64,000 nt of DNA, from assembly GCA_964414425.1 (NCBI GenBank), contig CAYPWL010000007.1, positions 20,789 through 84,788 of the forward strand. The letters are read 5' to 3'. Below the pieces are notes generated by a model, which had not been told where the DNA came from, made no database searches, and saw only the letters and a list, made by a program, of their open reading frames with translations. This stretch comes from an uncultured Saprospiraceae bacterium (GTDB taxonomy: Bacteria; Bacteroidota; Bacteroidia; Chitinophagales; Saprospiraceae). Numbering within the stretch: position 1 is the stretch's first letter; every line of letters starts with the position of its first letter. Positions 1-10,058 of the stretch are shown piece by piece. Position numbers and translations under genes: made by a program.

Positions 1-309
1 TACGGTATTACTTGGCAGCAAGACATCTTGTTATCCGGAGTCATATTCCTTTTGATAGTGGGCAGTATATTGATCTTGATCGGCTACTATGCCAGTATTG
101 GAGCCTTTCTCATTTTACTTTATTGGGTACCCTACACGTTAGTCATCCATGATTTTTGGAATCATCCCATAGACTTCAGAATGGAATCATCTATGAATTT
201 TATGCAAAACATAGGACTCATGGCGGCTCTCTTACTGTTGATGAGTCACGGAGCTCGTGATTTTAGTGTTAGAAGAGTGCTCCATGTACTTAAATTGCCA
301 GAAGAATGA
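1..309 (+). CDS. DoxX-family small membrane protein, C-terminal part (5' end outside the window)
   Basis: Frame 1 is open from base 1 to the stop at 307-309. The product is hydrophobic helices plus a VIHDFWN-type segment as in DoxX proteins. The stop overlaps the next start (ATGA). Confidence 0.55.
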   Translation, partial: YGITWQQDILLSGVIFLLIVGSILILIGYYASIGAFLILLYWVPYTLVIHDFWNHPIDFRMESSMNFMQNIGLMAALLLLMSHGARDFSVRRVLHVLKLPEE

Positions 310-1037
310 TTAGATCAGTCCATGGAATATTGAAGCCAGTAGACATCCTGGCTATAGGAGTTCATCCTGATGATATAGAGCTATCATGTGCTGGCACTAT
401 ACTCAATCAGATCGCTAAAGGGCAATCCGTGGGGATTGCAGACCTGACTCAGGGAGAGTTAGGTAGCCGAGGTAGTGCTGCAACTCGTATTTTTGAATCC
501 AAGAATTCTGCTGAAATATTGGGCGTTGATTTCCGAGTCAACCTAATGATGCGAGATGGATTCTTTTCAATTGATGAGCGTCATATCATGCGTATAGTAG
601 AGCTCATACGTAAGTGTAAGCCTACAATCATTTTGGCCAATGCAGTCAGTGATAGACATCCTGATCATGGTCGCGCTTCTCAACTGGTGAGGCAAGCATT
701 TTTTTACTCTGGATTGAGACGGATTGAGATAACCGACACAACTGCTCATAGGGCTAAGTCGCTGTATTATTACATACAAGACAAACAGTTAGAGCCAGAC
801 TTTTGTGTGGATGTCACGCCTCATGTGGAGACTAAGATGCAATCCATCGAAGCTTATTCGACTCAGTTTAATGTTGATAAGAAGGAAGCCATTCAAACGC
901 CCATTTCTTCTGAAAAATTCACGGAGTTCATCAAGTCTAAAATGCAAGTATTCGGAAGATCTATCGGCGTTGATTATGCTGAGGGCTTTAACACTCAGCG
1001 CACCTTAGGAGTCGACGATATTACCGCTCTCCTCTAA
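306..1037 (+). CDS. bshB1: Bacillithiol biosynthesis deacetylase BshB1 (LmbE/PIG-L family)
   Basis: VDILAIGVHPDDIELSCAGT, DLTQGELGSRG and HPDH motifs of PIG-L/LmbE zinc deacetylases. Size is about 240 aa. Confidence 0.8.
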   Translation: MIRSVHGILKPVDILAIGVHPDDIELSCAGTILNQIAKGQSVGIADLTQGELGSRGSAATRIFESKNSAEILGVDFRVNLMMRDGFFSIDERHIMRIVELIRKCKPTIILANAVSDRHPDHGRASQLVRQAFFYSGLRRIEITDTTAHRAKSLYYYIQDKQLEPDFCVDVTPHVETKMQSIEAYSTQFNVDKKEAIQTPISSEKFTEFIKSKMQVFGRSIGVDYAEGFNTQRTLGVDDITALL

Positions 1038-1042
1038 GTTAG

Positions 1043-2449
1043 CTACTTCATGAAAGTATAAGGGAATGTTCCTGGATAGCGCTCATAAAACCCAACTAAA
1101 GTAATCTCTCCAGATTCAGATTTAAGGATGTTCATAAACTGTTGGGCACTTTCTATGTCTACATCATTGACTCTCTCGACTATAAATCCTGGCTCCATAT
1201 TAGTAACTGCGATCTTACTACCACGTGAGATACTTATGACCATGATGCCTGATGTTTGTACTCGCTTCTTTTCGATAGAGTTGAGGTCTCTGATTTCGAT
1301 ACCGATATCCTTAAGCTCTTTATCTGATCGGACCGATATATAGTCAGTGGTATTCAGGTGATTTCTCAAGGTGATTGGGAAGTTCATGATCCTACCTCTT
1401 CGATAGATCTCAACTTGGAGCTGATCTCCAGGGCGGTATCTATTTATTTGTTCATAAAACTCCGAAGAGTTGTCGATCGTCACATTGTCTATAGATAATA
1501 TAATGTCCGTCTTGAGCAAATTAGATGCTGCTGCAGCACTATTAAGGTTCACCGAGGCAATCTGGACTCCCTCTATTACTTCTAATCCATACTTATCAGC
1601 TATCTGAGCATCTACATCTGTTACTGTGATGCCGAGATTACCACGCTGTACAGAGCCAAACTGTTTTAAGTCTATGATGACTTTTCGAGCAAGGTTAGAC
1701 GGTATAGCAAATGATAGTCCCTCATAGTTGCCAGATGAAGAGATGATAGCAGTACATATACCTACAAGCAATCCATCAGTATTGACTAATGCCCCTCCAC
1801 TGCTACCCGGATTGATGACGGCATCTGATTGGATAAATGACTCAATGTCATTTTTACTAAGGGCATCAATGCTACGGGCCTTGGCACTGACTATTCCTGC
1901 GGTTACGGTGGACTGCAGCCCAAAAGGGTTACCCACTGCCAGTATCCACTCACCAACCATGAGCGAGTCCGAATTAGCAAATACCAAGGATGGTAATTTG
2001 GATGATTCTATTTTGAGTAGAGCAAGATCTGTTGATTCGTCAGTACCAATCACCTGTGCGACAAACTCTCGCTTGTCTTGTAAGGTGATTTCTATGAAGT
2101 CTGCATCCTTAATAACGTGATGATTCGTGACGATATAACCATCGTCGCTTATGATTACCCCAGATCCTTTTTCTCTTGTATATCCCTCGGAGAATACGGA
2201 TCCTTTGACTTTGTTGTATGCAATGATATATACGACGGAGTTAGTGCTCTTCTCTGCAGCACGGATAAAGTTATCGGGAGCATATCTCAACCGTTCCACA
2301 AAATTGTGAGACACCTTGACATAGTCTGCATCAAAAGAGTCTTCTTGTACAATAGGAGTCGGAGCAATCCAATAGTGGTACGTCCCAAGCAAAATCATGC
2401 AGATCACGAGGGTAAGCAGAGTATTGTAAAGGAGGTATTGCAACTTCAT
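1043..2449 (-). CDS. HtrA/DegP-family serine endoprotease with PDZ domains
   Basis: Catalytic-triad contexts TNHHVI, DLALLKI and GSSGGALVN. N-terminal membrane anchor and two PDZ-like C-terminal segments. Confidence 0.9.
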   Translation of the reverse strand: MKLQYLLYNTLLTLVICMILLGTYHYWIAPTPIVQEDSFDADYVKVSHNFVERLRYAPDNFIRAAEKSTNSVVYIIAYNKVKGSVFSEGYTREKGSGVIISDDGYIVTNHHVIKDADFIEITLQDKREFVAQVIGTDESTDLALLKIESSKLPSLVFANSDSLMVGEWILAVGNPFGLQSTVTAGIVSAKARSIDALSKNDIESFIQSDAVINPGSSGGALVNTDGLLVGICTAIISSSGNYEGLSFAIPSNLARKVIIDLKQFGSVQRGNLGITVTDVDAQIADKYGLEVIEGVQIASVNLNSAAAASNLLKTDIILSIDNVTIDNSSEFYEQINRYRPGDQLQVEIYRRGRIMNFPITLRNHLNTTDYISVRSDKELKDIGIEIRDLNSIEKKRVQTSGIMVISISRGSKIAVTNMEPGFIVERVNDVDIESAQQFMNILKSESGEITLVGFYERYPGTFPYTFMK

Positions 2450-2531
2450 CGAGACCTTATAGCATCAGTGATCACTGATTGAACGATGTTTATTTGGACT
2501 TCCGTATAAATCTGATTTAAGAATTGACTGA

Positions 2532-2909
2532 TTATCCACCAGTCTCTGCTCGCAACTTTTTGATGCAATCTGTCCAATACAGCCTTTGTTCATCTACCTC
2601 ATCTTCATCACAAAAGTCGCTGATTTCTAAGATTGTCTCATTGGTAACATCGCTCTTATACATGCGATATTCAAGATATTCGCCCGGCTCACAATCTTCC
2701 CATTCGAATCTTATTCGTTCTTCCTCTATGTCATCTATCATTTCTGCCACTTCCTCAGAGCCTTCCCAGTCGTAAGTGAATACGTCTTCCTGTATATCTA
2801 CACCGTCACAGAACCATCTCACTAAGCATTCTGGTGTGGTGATAAATCTATATAAGATCACTGGGGACGCTCTGAATAAAAATTCAAGGTCAATTTTAGT
2901 CCGTTTCAT
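2532..2909 (-). CDS. START-like (SRPBCC) small acidic protein
   Basis: A 125-aa acidic protein with the pattern LEF.F.ASP..LY.FI.TP..L..WF ... W.GSEE ... F.WE typical of the Bacteroidota START-like domain family. Confidence 0.7.
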   Translation of the reverse strand: MKRTKIDLEFLFRASPVILYRFITTPECLVRWFCDGVDIQEDVFTYDWEGSEEVAEMIDDIEEERIRFEWEDCEPGEYLEYRMYKSDVTNETILEISDFCDEDEVDEQRLYWTDCIKKLRAETGG

Positions 2910-3054
2910 GCGTTATAATCAGTATTGATATTATCTCAAAGTGCGGCAATTAAGAATAATTATCTCACATTATCAAAATTCATTGAGAATTTTTTACTTC
3001 CGTTCATTTTGTGTTGTGTGAGAAAGGTTATCAGCATGATTTGTGATTATAATA

Positions 3055-3062
3055 TATATTTG
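3055..3062 (+). promoter_or_regulatory. Possible Bacteroidota -7 promoter element (TAnnTTTG) for rpoD
   Basis: TATATTTG lies 40 nt upstream of the rpoD ATG. No good -33 TTG at canonical spacing. Confidence 0.3.
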
Positions 3063-3101
3063 TTCACTTATTGTTTCACAAGAATTTAACAAGGTCTGCA
3101 T

Positions 3102-3971
3102 ATGAGGCAGTTGAAGATTACCAAATCGATCACCAACAGAGAAAGTCAATCATTAGAAAAATATCTTCAAGAAATAGGCAAAGTCGATTTGCTTACTCCA
3201 GAAGAAGAGGTTGATTTAGCTAAGAAGATAAAAGAAGGTGACCAGGAATCTTTAGAACGATTAACAAAAGCAAACTTGAGATTCGTTGTATCCGTAGCTA
3301 AGCAATATCAGAATCAAGGTTTGTCATTAAGTGACCTTATCAACGAAGGAAACTTAGGTCTCATAAAGGCAGCACAACGATTTGATGAAACAAGAGGATT
3401 CAAATTTATCTCTTATGCTGTATGGTGGATCAGACAATCTATCCTCCAAGCATTAGCAGAACAATCACGTATCGTAAGATTACCACTTAACAAGGTTGGA
3501 TCTTTGAATAAGATCAATAGAGCCTTTAGTGAGCTTGAGCAAGAGTTTGAGCGAGAGCCTTCTTCGAGTGAGTTAGCAGAGTTGCTTGAGATCACCTCAG
3601 ACGAAGTTGAAACAACTTTAGGCGTAGCAGCAAGACACGTATCTATGGATGCGCCATTTGTTGATGGCGAGGATAACTCTTTACTCGACGTCCTTGAGAA
3701 CAGCAAGACTCCTGGTACAGACTCTAACTTGTCTCATGGACAATCATTACGCACGGAGATAGAACGTTCACTTGGTACGCTGACAGAGCGTCAGTGTGAT
3801 GTGATTAAGCTATACTTTGGTATCGGCGTAGAGCACCCTATGTCACTTGAAGATATCGGAGAGCGTTTTGGCCTGACTCGTGAGCGAGTGAGACAGATTA
3901 AAGACAAAGCGATTAATAAGCTAAGATCATCTTCTCGAAGCAAGCTTTTGAAGAACTATTTAGGCGCTTAA
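3102..3971 (+). CDS. rpoD: Primary RNA polymerase sigma factor (sigma-70/RpoD, short Bacteroidota form)
   Basis: [15 protein letters not shown] start. Region 2 is [28 protein letters not shown] and region 4 is [19 protein letters not shown]. Confidence 0.93.
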   Translation: MRQLKITKSITNRESQSLEKYLQEIGKVDLLTPEEEVDLAKKIKEGDQESLERLTKANLRFVVSVAKQYQNQGLSLSDLINEGNLGLIKAAQRFDETRGFKFISYAVWWIRQSILQALAEQSRIVRLPLNKVGSLNKINRAFSELEQEFEREPSSSELAELLEITSDEVETTLGVAARHVSMDAPFVDGEDNSLLDVLENSKTPGTDSNLSHGQSLRTEIERSLGTLTERQCDVIKLYFGIGVEHPMSLEDIGERFGLTRERVRQIKDKAINKLRSSSRSKLLKNYLGA

Positions 3972-4027
3972 CACCTGATATTCATCAGGATGGCTTGACA
4001 TGTGTTTATTCTAATTCATGGATGGGT

Positions 4028-4492
4028 TTAGATAACCTTAGGTGGTCTATCTATTGATTCTTCGAGAGAGATAAATGTTTCGGTGCGTTGTATTCCCTCT
4101 ATTTTCTGGATTCCTCCAGAAAGGACTTCTCTAAGGTGATTGGTGTCATAGCATATGATCGTAGCGAAAATGCTATAGTTGCCTGTTGTATAATGTGCTG
4201 AGATGACTTCTGGGATCTTTTTCAGTTCGGCTACTACATCACTGTAGTATTGACTCTTCTCAAGGTAAATACCTAAGAAAGCTTTGATGTCATACCCGAG
4301 CTTTTCAAAATCTACCTTTAGTTTGGAGCCAGTGATGATCCCCATTTCAGTAAGTTTCTTGAGACGTACGTGCACCGTGCCTCCAGAGATGAATAGTTTG
4401 GCTCCGATATCTGCGTATGATGTTTTAGCATCATCAAGCATTATTGAGATGATGCTGAGATCGATATCGTCCAATTCATGTTTGGGCTTCAT
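4028..4492 (-). CDS. Lrp/AsnC-family transcriptional regulator
   Basis: N-terminal HTH (LDDIDLSIISIML.DAKTSYADIGAKL.ISGGTVHVRLKKL) plus a C-terminal RAM/AsnC_trans_reg-like half. 154 aa. Confidence 0.85.
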   Translation of the reverse strand: MKPKHELDDIDLSIISIMLDDAKTSYADIGAKLFISGGTVHVRLKKLTEMGIITGSKLKVDFEKLGYDIKAFLGIYLEKSQYYSDVVAELKKIPEVISAHYTTGNYSIFATIICYDTNHLREVLSGGIQKIEGIQRTETFISLEESIDRPPKVI

Positions 4493-4686
4493 GCAGATAT
4501 TGTTTAATTGCTCGTAATTGTAAGTTACTTACTTTAAAAATTTGGTAGTAGACGTTTGGATTGATTAGTAAATTTTTAACCAATTATTCGTGTTTCGTGT
4601 TTTGTAAGCGATAGAAAATTATCTAACAATATCCTCTTGGAGCAGAGAGCTTTTGCCAATCTTTACACGATATGCTACCTTGAATA

Positions 4687-6084
4687 ATGCGAAGAGAACA
4701 AATATTCACACCCTTAATATTAGCATTGGTTGCAGCCATTGGAATGATATTGGGCTATAAGATGCATGAGGCTAATTCAGCAGATTTAGTCCAACAGTAC
4801 ACAGATGATGAGTTAAGTTCAGTAGAAGAGTCCCTTCGTCTGATCAGGGCTAACTATTACGGAGATATCGATACTGCCAGCTATGTCAATAACATTTTGA
4901 GCAAAGCTGTTGAGACCTTAGATCCTTACAGTTCTTATGTTCCACCACAGGGTCTTGCGGGTTTTCATCATGCGATCTCCAATAAGTATGTCGGATATGG
5001 TTTTGATTTTATTACATATCGTGATTCTTTGGTAGTTACGGAGGTCGTTGTAGGTAGTCCAGCTGAAGGAGCAGGCCTTAATAGGGGAGACGTGATAGTG
5101 GGCCTCAATGGCAATCAACTTACAGATCCCTCTGAAATAGTAGATGGATTATTTCAATCAGAAAGTACTTCGTTGATGCTATACCGCCCATCCGAAAACA
5201 AGACGAAGACTGTCTCAATGAATAAAGGGCCAGTTGAAACTTCAGCAGTCCAAGCCAAGCTTATTGATCAAGGAAGGATAGGATACCTAAAAATCAAGCG
5301 ATTTACTGATGATGTCTTTTTGGATTTTATGGAGCAATTCGATTACTACAAATCTCACGGACTTGAGTTTAAGGATGTCATCATCGATCTGCGAGATAAC
5401 CCAGGAGGTTTACTCGATGAAACGGTTAAAATTTTAAATCAGATCATCCGTGAACCTAATCAGACGATCGTGTCTACTATCAATAATAAAGGCAAGCAGA
5501 AAGATTATAAATCCAATGGACGAAGTTTCCTGAAGATTGAGAATGTCGTTGTGCTCATTAATGAACATTCAGCCTCGGCGAGTGAGATAATGGCTGGAAG
5601 TTTACAAGACTTAGGGGTGGCAACTATAGTAGGAACTAACTCATACGGTAAAGGTAAAATACAGCAGCATTTTTCTGTTGATAACGGAGGATCGCTTAAT
5701 CTCACGATCGGTGAGTATCTATTACCATCGGGACGCAGGATTATATCTGACACATCAGATATTGCGGGCAGAGGTGTTGTCCCAGATGTTGCTATCACAA
5801 ATATTTGTGATAGCAGTGAAGATCAACGAATGTTGGATCAATATAGCTATCTGATCGAGAGAAGAAAGCTCGATGCGGATGTGCTGACCGCCACAGAAAT
5901 CAGTCAGTTGATCGCTGATTATAGCCTCCAAGATGAGACCCTGAACGCTGAATGTACAACGGACAGAACAAGAAAATTAGCAGCGTTACTCTGGCATGAG
6001 TACCAATCTGAACTGGACTTAAATGAGGACCTTATTCAGTATGACCATGCACTTAGTCAAGCGATTAAGATCCTATCTGAATAG
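4687..6084 (+). CDS. S41-family C-terminal processing peptidase with PDZ domain
   Basis: PDZ segment GSPAEGAGLNRGDVIVGLNG followed by S41 core motifs DLRDNPGG, SASASEI and SYGKGK. N-terminal membrane anchor. Confidence 0.85.
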   Translation: MRREQIFTPLILALVAAIGMILGYKMHEANSADLVQQYTDDELSSVEESLRLIRANYYGDIDTASYVNNILSKAVETLDPYSSYVPPQGLAGFHHAISNKYVGYGFDFITYRDSLVVTEVVVGSPAEGAGLNRGDVIVGLNGNQLTDPSEIVDGLFQSESTSLMLYRPSENKTKTVSMNKGPVETSAVQAKLIDQGRIGYLKIKRFTDDVFLDFMEQFDYYKSHGLEFKDVIIDLRDNPGGLLDETVKILNQIIREPNQTIVSTINNKGKQKDYKSNGRSFLKIENVVVLINEHSASASEIMAGSLQDLGVATIVGTNSYGKGKIQQHFSVDNGGSLNLTIGEYLLPSGRRIISDTSDIAGRGVVPDVAITNICDSSEDQRMLDQYSYLIERRKLDADVLTATEISQLIADYSLQDETLNAECTTDRTRKLAALLWHEYQSELDLNEDLIQYDHALSQAIKILSE

Positions 6085-6092
6085 TCTTATCC

Positions 6093-6671
6093 TTACTTCC
6101 TTAGAAATTCTAAGTCACCCTTATGATTGTACCGCGCTATGATAGATGGCATGCCGATCATATCCATTGACTTCAGGTCTACAATGTGATCGACTTCATT
6201 TTTTATGTGATCGGAGACATCCTCGTAGGATTTCGGTAGCTCTTTTGATCCTACTTTCGATGCCGATGTTGAAATAATCGCCTGGCCCAATCCATAGATC
6301 AAGCGCTTAGAAAACTCGTCTTTGACCACTCGTATGGCTATTGTTTTCTCCTCACTTACCAGATGCTCTTGAATGTCTGGATGAGCATCATATATAACAC
6401 TTAAGGGCTTTTCATGGTATAGGAGGAGTGTTTCGATACGGGGATGGATTGACATGGCATAATCTTTAAGCATATCAATACTATTGACTGCCAAGACCAT
6501 TTTGCCTTGAGCTTTATCTTTTCTGATTTTTTTCAGTCTTTCGATCGCAGCACCATTGGTGATATCACAGGTAAGTCCCCACAAGGTATCTGTCGGAAAC
6601 AGTATGACATGCCCTTTTTTTATCGAGTTTAACGCTTTCTCGACCTCCTCATCAATGCGTTCAGACGACAT
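6093..6671 (-). CDS. tsaC: L-threonylcarbamoyladenylate synthase (YrdC/TsaC/Sua5 family)
   Basis: 192-aa YrdC-fold protein with LFPTDTLWGLTCD and STSAS motifs. Confidence 0.75.
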   Translation of the reverse strand: MSSERIDEEVEKALNSIKKGHVILFPTDTLWGLTCDITNGAAIERLKKIRKDKAQGKMVLAVNSIDMLKDYAMSIHPRIETLLLYHEKPLSVIYDAHPDIQEHLVSEEKTIAIRVVKDEFSKRLIYGLGQAIISTSASKVGSKELPKSYEDVSDHIKNEVDHIVDLKSMDMIGMPSIIARYNHKGDLEFLRK

Positions 6672-6755
6672 TTTTTATAATTTAATACTATATAGGACTC
6701 ATCAAAACGTTATTTTAAACGTTAAGCTATCCATAAGCACCATTTACCCAGTATC

Positions 6756-9101
6756 ATGGAAAATTCCGTCAAAAATGTGATTTTTTTTAAATATATCATG
6801 CCGATACTCATATGTATTGGTTTTGGATCAGAACTCAGTGCCAAGCATATTATTGGCGGAGATGTATTTTATGAGTGTGTAAATCGTGATACCGTCAATA
6901 ATACAATAACCCTCCATGTCGAGTTTCAGATGTTTAGAGATAATCGATGTGTTACGAGAGGTGAGGATTGTGCATTTTTTGATGGAGATCCGAGAGATCC
7001 CAATATGTCAAGGGGTGCTCAATTTGGGGTATATCGTTTCATAGGTAATAGATGGGTGTTCGTCGATGTGACAGATTTTTTGATACCGATTATAATTGAA
7101 AAAGTGCCGCCTAACGAACCGCCATGTCTCTTGACTCCGCCTGCCGCTGATGTCGAGCGTGGTACTTATGAGTTTGATATAACACTCGACATAATTGATG
7201 AGAATTATCTCATAGCTTATCAGAGATGTTGTCGAAGTGAGGGAATAACTAATCTCATAAATCCTGGAAACTTTGGCGCTGTCTTTTCAGTGGAGCTCAC
7301 GCCGGCAGCATTACGGTCCTGTAACAATAGTCCGGTGTTCAATGAGTTTCCTCCACTCGTTACCTGTGCAGGTTTCGAATTAATATATGATCACAGTGCA
7401 AGTGACATTGAAGGTGATTCAATCACTTATGGTTTCTGTACACCGTTGTCTTCTGGTGGAACCAATGGGCGAGCCCAGAGAAATCAATGTAACGAGAGTC
7501 CTGTTCCAGAACCCACGGCTTGTACTCCCGATGGATTTAGGGAAGTGTCTTTCTTGTTTCCGACTTTTTCGGAGCAAGCACCTATGGGCGGTAATCCTGT
7601 AGTTACGATAGATCCTGTAACCGGTATTGTCTCAGGGGTGCCAGAGATAGTAGGGGAGCACGTACTGGTCGTTTGTGCTAATGAGTTTCGAGATGGTGTG
7701 CTCTTGTCAAGGATTCGAAGAGATTTCCAGTTTATTGTTACCAACTGTGAGACAGCTGTTAACGCGGCCATAACCAGTGATCAGACCGATGGATTGAATT
7801 TTAATGTCATCAGTTGTGGAGATTTTGACGTTCAGTTCCAAAATGTGAGTACACGAGAAGAAGATATAATCGTCAATGCTTGGGAGTTTGATTTTGGGAA
7901 TAATAATATAGTCACATCAGAACAGCGTAATCCATTGATCACATTTCCTTCCTTTGGAACTTTTGATGGTATGTTGACCCTCAATCCAGGTATACCCAAT
8001 TGTACAGATAGTGCATTTATTACGGTACAAGTACTACCTGGATTAGATGCTCAATTTGAAGCGACATTTGATACATGCAATGCAGGTCCCGTTCTCTTTA
8101 ATGATATGAGTCTGACAGATGACGTCAACTTTATAACTAACTGGTCATGGGACTATGATGATGGTAATTCAATTTCTGGTTTAGACAGAAATCCTCTCCA
8201 TACCTATCGCGCTCCAGGCACCTTTGATATTGCTTTGACCATAACAGACAATAATGGGTGTCAAGATGAGCTCATACAGGAGTTAGTTTATGCCCCAGCT
8301 CCTAATACTATCATAGTTGAACCCTCTCGATTTATTGGTTGTGCACCGGCTGAGATCTTCTTTAATAATCTAAGTTTTCCAATAGACGAAACATTCGATA
8401 TTGTTTGGGATTTTGGTGACGGCAGTGATGGTGATAATATATTTGATTTGAGTCCTGTGCACCTTTATGAAGATCCAGGAATATTCACAGTCAGTGTTGA
8501 TATAGTTTCTCCATTAGGATGCTTCGCAACAAGGACATTCCCAAATCTTATCAATATACAAGCAGGTCCGGAGGCAGATTTTGGGACTTCTCCAGATTCT
8601 GAGTCTATTAGCATTAACAATAATACAGTCTCCTTCATAAATCAGACTTTCGGAGGTGTAGAGTTCTTCTGGGACTTTGGAGATGGCGGTATTAGTTTTG
8701 AGGAGAGTCCTCAGCACACGTTCCAGGATACTGGTATGTTTAATGTGATGCTCTTAGCTACGAGCAGTAATGGTTGTACTGATACAGTAACACAATTGAT
8801 TGATGTAGTACCCGTAGCCGAATTGCAGTTTCCCAATGCATTTACTCCTAATGGTGATGGAGCCAATGATTTCTTTAGAGGTAAGGGTTCGACAGCCTTG
8901 ATCAATGATTACGAGATATTTATATTTGATAGATTTGGCAAGATTGTTTTTAATTCTGAGGATTCTACGGAAGGGTGGAATGGTCAACTCAATAACTCTG
9001 GTGCAGATCTACCTCCTGGGGTATATATGTTCAGGGCTACATGGCGTGAACCACGAGGAGATGAAGATTTTGCAGAAGGTGCAGCGACATTGGTTAGATA
9101 A
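6756..9101 (+). CDS. Secreted multi-PKD surface protein with type-B T9SS (gliding motility-associated) C-terminal domain
   Basis: Signal peptide, then a Cys-rich N-terminal module (HIIGGD...YQRCCR...CNNSPVF). Several PKD repeats follow (WDFGDG..., ...HTY..PG.F...L...D.NGC). C-terminus is FPNAFTPNGDGANDFF...FDRFGKIVF...WNG...LPPGVYMF, characteristic of TIGR04131-type CTDs. The start could also be M15 (6798). Confidence 0.85.
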   Translation: MENSVKNVIFFKYIMPILICIGFGSELSAKHIIGGDVFYECVNRDTVNNTITLHVEFQMFRDNRCVTRGEDCAFFDGDPRDPNMSRGAQFGVYRFIGNRWVFVDVTDFLIPIIIEKVPPNEPPCLLTPPAADVERGTYEFDITLDIIDENYLIAYQRCCRSEGITNLINPGNFGAVFSVELTPAALRSCNNSPVFNEFPPLVTCAGFELIYDHSASDIEGDSITYGFCTPLSSGGTNGRAQRNQCNESPVPEPTACTPDGFREVSFLFPTFSEQAPMGGNPVVTIDPVTGIVSGVPEIVGEHVLVVCANEFRDGVLLSRIRRDFQFIVTNCETAVNAAITSDQTDGLNFNVISCGDFDVQFQNVSTREEDIIVNAWEFDFGNNNIVTSEQRNPLITFPSFGTFDGMLTLNPGIPNCTDSAFITVQVLPGLDAQFEATFDTCNAGPVLFNDMSLTDDVNFITNWSWDYDDGNSISGLDRNPLHTYRAPGTFDIALTITDNNGCQDELIQELVYAPAPNTIIVEPSRFIGCAPAEIFFNNLSFPIDETFDIVWDFGDGSDGDNIFDLSPVHLYEDPGIFTVSVDIVSPLGCFATRTFPNLINIQAGPEADFGTSPDSESISINNNTVSFINQTFGGVEFFWDFGDGGISFEESPQHTFQDTGMFNVMLLATSSNGCTDTVTQLIDVVPVAELQFPNAFTPNGDGANDFFRGKGSTALINDYEIFIFDRFGKIVFNSEDSTEGWNGQLNNSGADLPPGVYMFRATWREPRGDEDFAEGAATLVR

Positions 9102-9127
9102 TTACGGATTTTAAATAAAATAATATT

Positions 9128-9135
9128 TACATTTG
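9128..9135 (+). promoter_or_regulatory. Possible -7 promoter element (TAnnTTTG) for rplS
   Basis: TACATTTG lies 24 nt upstream of the rplS ATG. The -33 element is not obvious. Confidence 0.3.
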
Positions 9136-9158
9136 CGGTCATTTTAAAATCTGACGTT

Positions 9159-9515
9159 ATGGATGCAGTTAAGTTAGTCGAGCAAAAGTTGGTTACAGCT
9201 AATGAGTTTGTTGAGTTTTCACCTGGAGACAATATCTCAATTAGTTATAAGATCGTTGAGGGAGCCAAAGAGAGAATTCAGATTTTCAAAGGTGACGTCA
9301 TCAAGATGAGAGGTGAAGGAGCCACAAAAATGTTTACTGTACGTAAGATGTCAGGCAGTTATGGCGTAGAAAGAATCTTCCCCTATCACTCGCCGAGCAT
9401 AGTAGAAGTAAAGGTGAACAAAAGAGGTAAGGTGCGTAGAGCCAAGCTATATTACCTAAGAGAACTCGTAGGTAAGAAAGCTAAAATCAAAGAGAAAAAG
9501 CAAGGCGCTAAATAA
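9159..9515 (+). CDS. rplS: 50S ribosomal protein L19
   Basis: [29 protein letters not shown]...TVRK.S.GVGVERIFP.HSP and RRAKLYYLR blocks are diagnostic of L19. Confidence 0.95.
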   Translation: MDAVKLVEQKLVTANEFVEFSPGDNISISYKIVEGAKERIQIFKGDVIKMRGEGATKMFTVRKMSGSYGVERIFPYHSPSIVEVKVNKRGKVRRAKLYYLRELVGKKAKIKEKKQGAK

Positions 9516-9516
9516 T

Positions 9517-9951
9517 ATGGCCTCAGCTAATAGGGTAGACATACCTCATTGGAAATTCCCTATTTCAATATTTTCATTCAACGTATTGTATATCACAGCA
9601 GGACTTGTTGTATTGCTCTGCACGGCTTGTATTGATAATAAAGCGAATGATGTCGATATTAAAGGGTACTGGGAGATCGCTGAGGCCTTCAGAAATGAAA
9701 AACCTACGTTGACTCTCGAGAACGCTTTTATCCACATCAAGACCGACAGCACATTGGTGACTAACTTGCTCCGGAAAGAAATCGAATCAGATTATACCAG
9801 AGAAAATAGTAAGATCAGTCAATTGTCGCCTGAGTTAATCGAATACCAGATCCTCAGACTTACCAATGATTCCTTAGAGCTGCACACTGAGATACGTGGA
9901 TATGACTTTAATTTCATCCTGTTGAAGAAAGACTCAATAACAGCTGAATAA
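9517..9951 (+). CDS. Hypothetical small lipoprotein
   Basis: Hydrophobic leader ending in LLCTAC (lipobox-like). No recognisable domain. The start is uncertain and abuts the rplS stop. Confidence 0.4.
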   Translation: MASANRVDIPHWKFPISIFSFNVLYITAGLVVLLCTACIDNKANDVDIKGYWEIAEAFRNEKPTLTLENAFIHIKTDSTLVTNLLRKEIESDYTRENSKISQLSPELIEYQILRLTNDSLELHTEIRGYDFNFILLKKDSITAE

Positions 9952-10058
9952 CAGATCAGCATAGATCTAAAATATTCGTTAATTTTGAAACACTTTTAAT
10001 CCCTCGGCCTATTGATTAGCAAAGGAGGGTATGGTTTAACCAATTAAATTATAAACAA

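Noticed and set aside
1728-2482. Two plus-strand ORFs (130 and 121 aa) overlapping the HtrA gene.
   Set aside because: The minus-strand frame encodes a complete HtrA protease with catalytic triad and PDZ domains. The plus-strand products have no recognisable features.
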